DNA of 64,000 bases from the human T2T-CHM13v2.0 reference genome, Homo sapiens. Below, in pieces: positions 1 through 59,984 of the stretch; within the stretch, counting starts at the first letter, position 1; every line of letters begins with the position of its first letter. Location of the stretch: NCBI RefSeq assembly GCF_009914755.1, contig NC_060925.1. The stretch is one strand, 5' to 3'. Below the pieces are notes generated by a model. That model saw only the letters and a program-made list of their open reading frames with translations. It searched no databases and was not told the origin of the DNA. A program made the position numbers and the translations under genes.

Positions 1-232
1 CCAGGCTGGTCTTGAACTCCTGACCTCGTGATCCACTTGCCTCCACCTCCCAAAGTGCTAGTATTACAGGTGTGAGCCACCGCACCCGGCCATCGCCGAG
101 CTGTGTTTCTACTACTGTTTAAAAATACTCACCTTTGGTTGGGTGCAGTGCCTCACACCTATAATCCCAGCACTTTGGGAGGCCAAGGCGAGTGGATCAC
201 CTGAGGTCAGGAGTTCGAGACTAGCCTGGTCA

Positions 233-468
<236 letters not shown>

Positions 469-539
469 TCACACCTGTAATCCCAGCACTTTGGGAGGCT
501 GAGGCAGGTGGATCACTTGAGGTCAGCAATTTGAGATCA

Positions 540-758
<219 letters not shown>

Positions 759-1027
759 TCACTTTTATTTTCTGTGTCTTCTTTCTGAGGACCAAAGGGA
801 AAATATGTGTCCCTTGGAGTTTTCTTCTGTGATCTTTTAGCCACTTAATTCATTGGGAACCAACATTATAGCTGTATATTTGCATGGGATAGATCTGAAG
901 ATTTTGTAAAATGTTTTTAATCTAGAAAGAATATGTTGTTTCAGTTTATTTTGTTTTGATGTACCATTGTGGTAGCTATTTGGTGTCTTACATGGGAATT
1001 GTATTATAATCTTGACTCTTCTTCTAG

Positions 1028-21576
<20,549 letters not shown>

Positions 21577-21579
<3 letters not shown>

Positions 21580-23240
21580 GCGCAAAGCCTCAGAAGACCT
21601 GGAACAAGATTCTGCCATCTCTGTGATCCCAAGATGTCAGCCCTTGCCCCAGCAATGCTGAATTTTCTTCTACTTGGTCATCAAAAAAGGAGTGTAATAG
21701 AAGTGAGGGGAGCTGCTCCTCCATCTTCTTCCTGAAGAAGAACCTTCTCTCCTTCCTCTTCCTCATGAATGGGCCTTAGTGCCTCAGAGAGTTGAGGACC
21801 GCAGCATCCCCTCCACTCCAGAGTTGGGTGGTACGGATTTTCAACTGGCCAACCCTTTGCCTCCACTATTGAATTTTTTTCAGACCCCCATTCTTCATGC
21901 TGGAAATGGGATTGCTGGACTTGGCAGCTTTCTTTCCCCTCGTCTTTGACTAGGAACCGGACTCTTAATTTCCTCAGGACAGACTAGCTGGCACATTATC
22001 CCTACCTTAGTTCTTTCTCTCTGACTCCTGGAAGAATACTCCTGTAATCTCTGTAAAGGTTTTTGGGGGATAAGGGTGTTTAACCACCTCCCAGCTTTCT
22101 TCTTCTTTTTTTTTTTCTGAAAAAAGGAAAACACACAGCACACAATTTCAAGCCATTTTCAGATCAGAACTCCAGAAGTGTTGACAAGATGCCTATTCGT
22201 AGAGTTCCCTCAGAAGAGCCATGGTGTTTATGAAGAGAAGAGTAGTGATTGCTCTGCCAGAAGCAGCTCCTCTTTAAACTCCTCCTCTCTTGATGAATTT
22301 CTTAAGGCTGAAGGAATGAAGAGAGTGGGACATGGGGTAATCTTTATCCCTTTTGTTAAAACAGGAGGCAGCCATGGGCTGGGAGATCATAGCCCTTCCT
22401 AGGCAGAATCCTGTTCACTGCCAGGCTATAGTAATTATTACTATTTTGCAATTTGAAATATATTCTGGTTGTTTTTCTAAATGTGAAGACTTACCAAATG
22501 AATTTTAGATCATTCTCCAGAGGAGATTTTTTTTGCTCTTCTCATCTTTTCCAACAGTGTTCTCCTGTTTGTGGAGCTAAGGTAAAGAGGGGACACTTCT
22601 GTCTGTTTAACAGACAGTCCATATCTGTGAGGCCAGCAAATATTTTCTTAAACTCATGGGGAGACAGCAGATTCTTGCCTTGGTGAGGTCATTGCTGTGC
22701 CATATGTCCTACCCCCCTGTCTTCATGCAGGGAAGTTGGAAATGGGGGCTACATATGCCCTCTCCTCCCCGTCTACAAGAGTTGTGGTTTTCCATCTGAT
22801 CCTTCCACTCTTGTCAGGGGAAGAAGGGGGCCTGGTATCTCAGGCAGATTGTTGAATTCCTGTTCTATCCCTTCTCTATCCCACCCTGCCTTGATAATAT
22901 GTTAGCCCATACCCCAAATAACTGTCTATATTAGACACCCCCAGCCAGTTTCTGGCTGCCTGTCTTTGCTGCCATGTTTTTTACAAGAAGGAAAGAATTC
23001 TTGCTATTTTTTTTTCATAATTTACTATTTATGATGTATTTAAGTGTTTTATTAAGGACAGAGTTCTGTTAGGGGTGGGAGGGAATATTTGAGGGAGGGC
23101 TGGGTCTTAGGGAAAGGAATGGGGAAGCAACATTTTTATTAAGTGTTACTATTTGCCTCTACTTTGTATTGTTCAGAAATGGCAAATACAATATAAAAGT
23201 GATATATGGTTTTAATGTAATAAACTTTAATGAGTTATTT
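21577..23240 (+). other. PIP5K1A: PIP5K1A terminal exon: TAA stop followed by ~1.66-kb Alu-free 3' UTR
   Basis: tttcag|TAA at 21577; unique sequence up to AATAAA at 23219; 3' end approximate. Confidence 0.85.
23219..23224 (+). terminator. PIP5K1A polyadenylation signal AATAAA
   Basis: Preceded by TGTA, followed by a U-rich downstream element (ttattttttctgattctttttc). Confidence 0.8.
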
Positions 23241-23735
23241 AGACCTCTTATTTTTTCTGATTCTTTTTCATATACCATCTGCTCACCCTCCTACTCCACC
23301 ACCCAGGCTCAGTTTTGTTCATGTTGCCCTAAACAAAGGCTGCATACTTTCCAGCTTGCAACACTCCAGCTTCACTCTTAAGGCTTTATGTCCTTATATC
23401 CTCTTCCTCAGCAACCCCATTATCTTCACGAGGAAAAGCAGTGAATGAATATGAGGGGAGTTACTGTAGGTCTCTTGCCTAGGTTGCAACCCAATTTAAC
23501 AGGGATTTGAGGTTCAAAACTCACTTTACTCAGTTAAGTGAGGAAAGGAGAGGGACAGTGGGAAAAGTAAGTTTGAGGTTAGCTGGCCCTAGTGATTCCC
23601 TCCCTTTCGTTCTCTTGACCTGGCCCTAGGGCGTCACTCTTAGAAGATCATAGAGATTGCTTTCTTTAGCTGTTTTCTTTTGTGAGGTTGAGCTAAGGCT
23701 CCTTTGATAGGAAACTAGACAAAAAAGTAGGGGCG

Positions 23736-28150
<4,415 letters not shown>

Positions 28151-28505
28151 CGATCCCGACACTTTTTTAAAATGCCGAAGCCGGAATCGACACAGCACTT
28201 TCAAAGGTTCCTCCATAGCTCCCCTGAGATCCGGCCAGCGGGAAACCCCAACTGAGAACTGCAATGGCAGGGAAAGTGGAGGCTAGATCCTGTTTTTTGT
28301 GTTACCGCGATTCCCTTCAACTACCCTCAAGACGCCTACAAATTTGTTTGGCGGCACCTACAACTCCCAGAACGCAACGTGGGGGACGGAGGCGGAAGCA
28401 GCTGGCCAAGCCGAGGTCTGTGATTGGTGAAGAGCGACGGGCCAATTGGAGGAGTTGTTGTTAGGCCGTCCCGGAGACCCGGTCGGGAGGGAGGAAGGTG
28501 GCAAG

Positions 28506-41059
<12,554 letters not shown>

Positions 41060-41156
41060 GACTGGAGGGAAAGGGTAGCTGAGTCTGCTTAGGGGACTGC
41101 ATGGGAAGCACGGAATATAGGGTTAGATGTGTGTTATCTGTAACCATTACAGCCTA

Positions 41157-41162
41157 AATAAA
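41157..41162 (+). terminator. PSMD4 polyadenylation signal AATAAA
   Basis: ~100 nt after the stop codon, followed by T-rich tracts. Confidence 0.85.
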
Positions 41163-41959
41163 GCTTGGCAACTTTTTTTCCTTTTTTGCTTCAAATATTG
41201 ATGGTTTTGAGTGTGAGAGAGGGGAGGAGTCCCTGGCCTGAAGGAGAGCCTTCCTTGTTGAGTTCTCTATGTCTCTGTTTCCACCTGTCTGGGCCTCCTA
41301 ACGTGCTGGGATTACAGGCCCAGGAGCCAGGTTTCCATTTCTAATGAACGAAGACCTTATTTAAACCACCTTCTTGCCAATAACTTTTACTCTGCACTCA
41401 CACAGCTGAACCCCAAGCATGGAATGATACTCAACCTTTTCAGTTTTTTCATGTGGACTTCTGAGGTTCAGCAAGTTTAGGTTATTTGGCCAAGGATATT
41501 TAGCTAATGAAGAGGCAGAACCAGGATCAAAATCCAAACTTGTCTCAGACCTGTCTCGCCAGGAGTTGAATCACCACCAAACAGTAGTTTCCCATTGGTC
41601 AGCTGCCTTCAGTGACTCTGCTCAGCCCTGCAAGTCAGTTCCTTGTAGCAACTACTATACCTTCCTCTACTCCCCGATCACTCTCAACAGAAGCCTGACA
41701 TCTTTACAGAGAGTCAAGGCCGTGAGGCAGGAAGTTCTGGCTCCCTCCCTCCTGCCAGCACCTCCCTGCATCAGTTATGCTCTCTCCTGAGTCTCTGCTG
41801 TCCTAAACACCCTGCTGGCGTTTTCCTCTCAGTGTACATGCATAAAATCCACTCTACAAGTAACCTTACCTTGAGACTTTATATTATACGGTTTAAATAT
41901 TATTTTACAAGGAACATCTATTCCCTTTATAATTTTTTTTAAAGTTTTTTTTTTTTTCA

Positions 41960-46230
<4,271 letters not shown>

Positions 46231-46380
46231 TTTCACTTCTTTACTCTTATTTTGACGTGATTTCTAGGGTGAGCAGAGATAAGCTCAATTCACCACATAT
46301 AACCAGAAGCTCTTTACTTCTTTAAGATCAATTACCTAATTCCTCTAACTCACAAGGTGGTCGTGAAAATTAAAGGTGGC

Positions 46381-46793
46381 GGGCAACCCGCTTGGGTCCC
46401 CTACTGTAGAAGCTTTGTTCTTTCGCTCTTTGCAATAAATCTTGCTGCTGCTCACTCTTTGGGTCCACACTGCCTTTATGAGGTGTAACACTCACCACGA
46501 AGGTCTGCAGCTTCACTCCTGAAGCCAGCGAGACCACGAACCCACCGGGAGGAACGAACAACTCCAGATGCGCCGCCTTAAGAGCTGTAACACTCACCGC
46601 GAAGGTCCGTGGCCTCACTCCTGAGCCCCCAAGACCACGAACCCACCAGAAGGAAGAAACTCCAAACACATCCGAACATCAGAAGGAACAAACTCTGGAC
46701 ACGCTGACTTTAAGAACTGTAACACTCACCGCGAAGGTCTGCGGCTTCATTCTTGAAGTCAGTGAGACCAAGAACCCACCAATTCCGGACACA
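46381..46793 (+). mobile_element. LTR12 (ERV9) R-U5 segment, lacking U3
   Basis: GGCAACCCGCTTGGGTCCCC, GCAATAAATCTTGCTGCTGCTCACTC, three TGTAACACTCACC(G/A)CGAAGGTC repeats, terminal CCAATTCCGGACACA. Confidence 0.9.
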
Positions 46794-47220
46794 ATGCCAT
46801 TCTCCTGCCTCAGCCTCCCGAGTAGCTGGGACTACAGGTGGCCGCCACCACGCCTGGCTAATTTTTTGTATTTTTAGTAGAGACAGGGTTTCACTGTGTT
46901 AGCCAGGATGATCTCCATCTCCTGACCTCGTGATCCGCCCGCCTTGGCCTCCCAAAGTGCTAGGATTACAGACGTGAGCCACTGCGCCCAGCCCAGCTTA
47001 GCTTTTTAACAGCTTAGTTCTTTCATCTTTGTTTGAATACAAAGGCCAAGGAAAATAGTCTACATGTTATTTTCAGGAAAATTTTCTGTATAAATTATTG
47101 TTATTGAAGCATTAATTTTCTATTTCATGATCAGGTTACATGCCTTGGAAAGGATGTAGTATATGATGAAATTGCCCAAATCATTTGAATGATAATAAAA
47201 GTTTAAAAAAAAAAAAGAAA
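46381..47220 (+). pseudogene. Processed retrocopy of a non-coding LTR12-initiated transcript (LTR12 R-U5 + antisense Alu half + unique sequence + AATAAA + polyA)
   Basis: Perfect 15-bp TSD AAAATTAAAGGTGGC at 46366-46380 and 47221-47235; A-tail 47205-47220; AATAAA 47194. Confidence 0.8.
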
Positions 47221-48232
47221 AAAATTAAAGGTGGCTGTGTGTAACAAGATGTTGAAAGGTTTTCCTGGTTGTGTTGGAGTTTGAGCTGAGTCTTAAGGAC
47301 AGAAGTGTACACAGGTACCCCCACATTGTAGAAAAATACTTTTCCAGCCACGCAAAAGACAGCACAATTCCTCCAGCTCCCATGGCCCCCACTGCCACCT
47401 GCAGCCTCTATGAGATGACACATTTGACACAGGAAAGAGAGCACGCTCATGGAGATAGATCTGTTGTTGATTGCTGATCTGTCTGGAGTCCTTTGGTATT
47501 CCCTGTTTCTTGTTCTTTAGGGGCGAGGGGAGGACGCAGACCAAGGTAGGACAGTACCAAGAGACTGGGAGTGCCTGTAAGAAACAGATGGGCATCTGAG
47601 TCCTTGGCTGGATGTTTCCTGGGTGGCAGAACTCCTGACCCAGTGTTGTCAAAGACCACAAGCAAGTCACTGAGAGAGAGTTCTGGAAGAGCCTGACATG
47701 AATTTACTGGTATTTGGGAGATATAAATGAACATAGAGACCAATGTCTGCTGAATGGGACATGTGGGAGGTTGGCTGGAGCCCAGACCTGGAATGGTGGC
47801 ACTAGTGGGTAGACTTTATTTCAGCACCTGGCATGCTAAGAATGTGGGAGTTTCCCACGGACCAAGAGGAAAGCATGGAAAGTACCCAAGCTTGAGCCAT
47901 CCAGATAGAGCCTGCCCAAAAGGAGTTCCTGAAGGGCAAGAAGAGCCCAATGGTAAGATGCCATGGGGCAAAAGTGCAGGGCACTGTGCAAGAGGTCACC
48001 TGGAGAGTGCACTGCAGATGCCAGAGAAAAGGGCAGTGGAGAGGTCCTGTAAGTCTCCCAGGGACCTTCAAATATGCTCCACCCAAGAGAAAGCGAGCAT
48101 TTAGGAACCTGTCACACAGAGGGCTCTGACAGCCCCTGTCATGTAAAACTTGACTCCTTTCCTTCCTCGCACCATCCCAACTCTGGAGAAGCCAGAGGCA
48201 GGAAGGGAAGGGAGGGTGAAAGAAGAGCAACA

Positions 48233-53190
<4,958 letters not shown>

Positions 53191-53699
53191 TTTTTCTGTG
53201 TGTGTGTGTTTTTTTTTTTTTTTTTTTGAGACAGAGTCTCGCTCTGTCTCCCAGGTTGGAGTGCAGTGGTGCGATCCCGGCTCACTGTAGTTTTGACTTC
53301 CTGGACTCAAGCGATCCTTCCATCCCAGCCTCCCCAGTAGCTGGGATCACAGGCGCCTGCCAACACCCCTGGCTAATTTTTTTTTCCAAATATTCTGTAG
53401 AGGCAGAGTCCTGCTGTGTTGCACAGGCTAGTCTCGAACTCCAGGGCTCAAGTGAGCTACCCACCTAGACTTCTCAAAGTGCTGGGATTACAGGCGTGAG
53501 CCCCCCAAAATATTATGTGTATATGAGTAGTAATTGTTATTCCGCATAGGGAGACCAGAAGAGGAGGTGGAAATGGAATGCCGGTTGGTTACATCGGGTT
53601 AGGGACCTTTAATTAGTTGCTCAGAGAAGGAACAGCACCTGAGCAAATGCACAGGATGCAAGGCTCCGGGAGAAAGGGCACACTAATCCCAACTGCCAA

Positions 53700-53890
53700 T
53701 TACTTTACAAAGCGTGTTTACATTCTAAACTCATTTAATTCTCACAAAAATAATATTGTCAGGTGGGTATTATAATCCCCGTTTTACTCATGAGAAAACA
53801 GGATCTGGGAGGTTGAGCGACTTGCCCATTGCGACCATAGGGCAAGTGGTGGCTCCAGGATTCCCATCCAGAAGTTCTGATTCATACTTC
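53700..53890 (-). mobile_element. MIR SINE
   Basis: ctcatttaattctcac...ccccgttttactcatgagaaaacagg...gcgacttgccca. Confidence 0.7.
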
Positions 53891-53987
53891 AAAGGAGCTC
53901 GGAAACTCTCCGGGTGCGCCGGGGAGTCCTGGTTCCGGTGTCCTGGGACTCCTGGGCAGGGTAACGAAACCACTTTTAAAAACTTTG

Positions 53988-54869
<882 letters not shown>

Positions 54870-54870
<1 letters not shown>

Positions 54871-57320
54871 AAACACGCCGTTAACGAGCGGCTGCGTGCG
54901 CGAGGTGGCACACTGGGCTTGCATACGAATTCTGCCAGTGAGTGCTATTAGAGCATCAAGGAGATTCATTTTCCGAGCGACTCCTCCCTTTCCCCCGCCT
55001 CCAGGGGGCGTGGCAACAAAGCGCGGGAAAACTCGACCTTGACCCCACCCCCACTCCATGCTGGGGGCGGGGAAAAGGGGAGCCCTTAAATGGGAAATGG
55101 AGCTGGCGGTTTCCCCCCCCAGCCCATACTTAGGACGCCTATCAGTTGCTCCTTTAATGCCTCTTTGGAAATGGCCCGGCCACGCCAGCACTCCTACGTC
55201 ACCTCCCCCGCTTCCGGTCCGCGAGCCCTTCCCAACCTTTAGGTCCCGATTCCTTCCACGCTCCAAATCCCGTGCCCCGTCCACGCCCTCCCGCAGAGGG
55301 AGGAGCGACGGGTTACGCTGTCGCCCAGGAGCTGAACCGCGCGAGGACCCCATCCATCAGATTATATGGCGATTTAGACGGTGGGAAGACCGCAAGGAAA
55401 TGGTCAGCGGATGACGTAATGTTTGGGGTGGCGTCCCATTCTGTAACTTCTGTACGGCATCAGTGACACGGGTTTAGCTTGAAACAGCGCAAAAGGACCT
55501 ACACTTCTGTGCTCCACTCCGACTCAATGCGGTTCTGCTCTCAGTGCCCACCACACAGAAGCTGGGTTCCTTACATTCGCGAAAGTGAACTGCAGCTTCA
55601 AGCTTCGAGCGGCCAGTAGGGAGCGAGGGGCGGAGACGCACCTGGGTGCTCCCCCTTCCAGTAGGCAAGCTGGGAAGCAGGCTGGCTTCTTTCTAAGCGA
55701 CAGTGGCGGAGGCCAATCGTTTACGAGACTCGTAGATGGGGCAGACGGACCCCGGCGCAGCCAATGGGGAGAGGTATCTTCAGAGGGCCTCGGCCCCTTG
55801 CCCAATGAGCATAAGAGGACTGTGCGGGGCTAGTTCCGAGCGGCAGTATTTAGGGCCAACCCAGTGCGGGGCTGGAAGGGGCACAGGGCTGAGCGACGGG
55901 GGCAAGGGCCAATGGCGAGTGCGAAAACGGGCAGCCCAGACCTGGAGCGCGGAGGGAGGAGAGGGAGTGGGGAGGCCGAACCGGAGAGAAGCAGGAAGTA
56001 GCGGCGGCCGCGGGGAGGGCGGCGGTGGCTGCAGCGGCTGGAGCGGGGTAGAGACCGCCGGGTCTCGGCCCGCACCAGGAGCGGAACAAGTAAGCGTGCC
56101 TGGGGTAAATACCCGCCCTTGGCTCCGCCCCCTTGGGGGGGGCGGGTAAATACCCCCGCCCCTCCCCCACTTGGTCAACTACCCCCTTCTCCGCGCCGCC
56201 CCCTGGGGCGGCTTCTAGGAAGGCCCAGACACCGCCTCCATCCATTGGGGCGGATGGGCGAAACTCCTGGCCTGTTGTAAGCACAGTCCGTAGCCGGGTA
56301 AACCCCCAGGAGGGTCGAGAACCCCAGGTCCTGGCGCCCCCGGCTCGAGAGGCACCCGAAGTGCGGCCCGGAGATTGAAGGCTGCGGGATGTCGCGACCT
56401 AAAATGGTGTCCGTTCCCGGGGATGGGGGCGGGGGACCTGGGCCAGGCCGGAGCAGAACCTGCACCCCGACTGGGTGCGGGTCAGCGTCCGGGCCCGGGC
56501 AAGACTCAGGCTTGCGCCCCCGGCCCCCTGCGCACCCCCCGATCAGTCTCCAGTCTCTAGCGAGCCTCCGGGAGTGCGCGGCGGGAGGAGGCTCCGCTGC
56601 GCCCGGAGGGGAGGGGACGAGGTCCGAGTTGGGACGGACCCCAGCTAGAGAGCTGAGAGTCGCGCAGAGACCGTCCCCTCTCTCCTCCCCTCTTTCCAGC
56701 TCCCCACCCTATCCTGTGTAGTCCTGGGTCCCCAGGTGCTGCGCAGCAGCTCCCAAAGGGCCTGGCCTGGCTGAGGCCCGGCCTTCGCTTCGCACGCCGG
56801 TGCGAGTGAGAGAAGGGCCGCGCGCCTCAGTTTCCCTTGTAGTTTCTCATGTGTACACCCCGCCCCCTCCTCGAAACCCAGGACTTGCTCCCCGCGCCAG
56901 CCCTCGGCAGATGGCAGGGACTTAATTCCGTCTGCTACCCAGCTTGGCCTCAACCTAATCGCCGCCAGCCCCTCGCCCTCCTCTGCGCTGCAGGCCTTGG
57001 GCCCGGGCAAAGGTCAGTGGAGCCCCCACTCGACCTGGGCCTGTTCAGCCTCTTCCTGTTCAGCCTCTTTGGCTTTTGGGGAACCACAGAGGGAAAGGGG
57101 GCGGGGGAGATAGGAGCCCTAGAGACAGGGCTCAGCAGTCGCAGGAAGGCCTGATCCTCCTTGGCTTGAGCTTGGCGGCTTGCTTGGTCGACTGTCTGCT
57201 CTGGGTGGGTGGCCATCGGATGACCTCTAAGTCACTGGGGCACCCAAGAGGGAGGTGGCTGGCGGGGTGTGGGGGCGGGTGAGTTCGCAGGTGTTTTCTC
57301 CTAGTGCCCGCTGGTCTTCG
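54870..57320. promoter_or_regulatory. CpG island / ZNF687 promoter region, probably bidirectional (ZNF687-AS1 recalled at this locus)
   Basis: High GC and CpG; CCAAT at 55713, 55761, 55802, 55909; CRE-like TACGTCA 55195 and TGACGTAA 55412; ETS CTTCCGG 55211; many GC boxes. Confidence 0.85.
55990..56089 (+). other. ZNF687: ZNF687 non-coding first exon (5' end approximate)
   Basis: Lies downstream of the CCAAT array; strong donor CAA|gtaagc at 56090. Confidence 0.7.
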
Positions 57321-58496
57321 TTGTAGCAGTCCACTTTTCTGAGTACCTGAGTGGAAGGTAGCTCAGGCCTCTGGTCAGGAGGGAACCAGGCTTAGGAGCC
57401 AGGCCTATAGAGACAAGGGTTTTTGTTTAAACCCAGATTCTGCAGAATTGAATAGGGTGGGGGTGAGGGGAGGACTCCCCCTTTGGTTTTGCCCCCACCC
57501 CAACCTTGGTCCCAGCAATCCCAGCTGCCACTTGCTGGGACTGTCTCTAGTTACAGTCTGAAGACTGGAGAGAGGTGGGAGAGCTGGCTGGGAAATGGCC
57601 TGCAACCTGGGCAGGGAATGGATAGGGATAGACTCTTTAGTTGCTTCTTCGTAGATACAGAAACACTCATGGGGAGACACTGGTAGGGGACAGACCTGGG
57701 TCTCCCACAAACTCTGAGCTGGCCTGCTTGTTGGATTAGTGCCACATAATTCTTGTGGGATTTTTAATTTTATTTTTTGCACTTGGCCAGGTTGAGGCTA
57801 GGTGAAACTTCCTGGGCTACTGTTGCCACAGGAAAATGGAAAGGGTGAGGAGTTAAAGTTAGGGGATGGAATGGGGTGAGGAGCTTGGAGCAGAAATGAT
57901 GGGTGAGGGTTGAGGGAGCCTGGCTTTTTCCCACTGTGGCAGCTGTGCTGGAGAAATGTGTATGTATCTTGGGAGTTTTAGCCTCGGGAAAGCAAGATGG
58001 GGAGGGGTGGAGAAGGAAGGGCTGGCTAGGGGAGGGCCAGGCACTCTGGGGAAGGTAGTGAGCGAGCAGCAGGTGTTTGTGACAGGAGAGGTCTAGGCTG
58101 GGGCCCTTGTGACCAGGCTGCCATCACCATTTTCCCCTCTGTCTCTTCTCTTTGTCTCTTTCTGTTCCTGTGTCTTATTCTTTCCATCTTGGTCTCTTGG
58201 GTAATTTCCTTGAGTCCTTTTCTCCCTGCTGACCAAGCTAGATCTCCAGGTGCCAGTGATGGCCCAGGTGCCCTAGACTTGATCCTGCATGACCCCTGAC
58301 TCTTGCCTCCGACCCCAGCCCTAGAGTTCCAGTGCTTATTCCTTTCCAGTTCCTCCTTGACCTGACATGTCCTTGCTTGGTTCATCTGGAATAGTAAATC
58401 GTATTCTTGGTGGGATTCTTACATTAGCAATTTTGTATTATGCTCAGAATAACCCTATGATACATAGATCACTTGTGCTCTCTGCCTTGTCTTGTC

Positions 58497-59705
<1,209 letters not shown>

Positions 59706-59984
59706 TTCCCTGTATTTCTAAGAACTCTCTTTTCCCCTGCTTTCTCTGGATTTTGGAGCCCACCAAGGTATGGACACTAATCCTCTTCTGATTTTAAGGT
59801 TTGGCAAACCTAGCAGCTCTGTAGGATTCATGCCGTGGCGGAGGTGTACCTAAGTTGGAGTGTATGTGGGTTCTGAGAGAGGATAAATATGGAGATGCTG
59901 AGGGAAGAGCTCCAGGATCTCTCTTCTAGACATCTCAGTTTCTCCTCCTCGTTCCTGTTTTCATCAGGTCTGGGATCTGCCGAT

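Noticed and set aside
46370-46669. 99-aa minus-strand ORF
   Set aside because: Antisense reading of the LTR12 U5 repeats, a common spurious ORF.
46485-46745. Three spaced TGTAACACTCACC..GAAGGTC repeats resembling a CRISPR-like array
   Set aside because: These are the normal U5 tandem repeats of LTR12/ERV9; the spacers are homologous to each other and the DNA is eukaryotic.
47163-47190. ATGATGA box C-like motif suggesting a C/D snoRNA in the retrocopy
   Set aside because: No properly placed CTGA box D or terminal stem; likely chance in AT-rich sequence.
47240-48230. Alu-free purine-rich stretch with several 90-140 aa ORFs on both strands
   Set aside because: No recognisable protein similarity or splice structure. 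Probably an old degenerate LTR-type repeat, but I could not assign a family; needs a Dfam search.
59889-59984. 32-aa N-terminal extension in the 750-aa ORF call
   Set aside because: Runs through the intron's pyrimidine tract and acceptor (59967). The family-conserved start is ATG 59985, and the ORF tail after 62099 is intronic.
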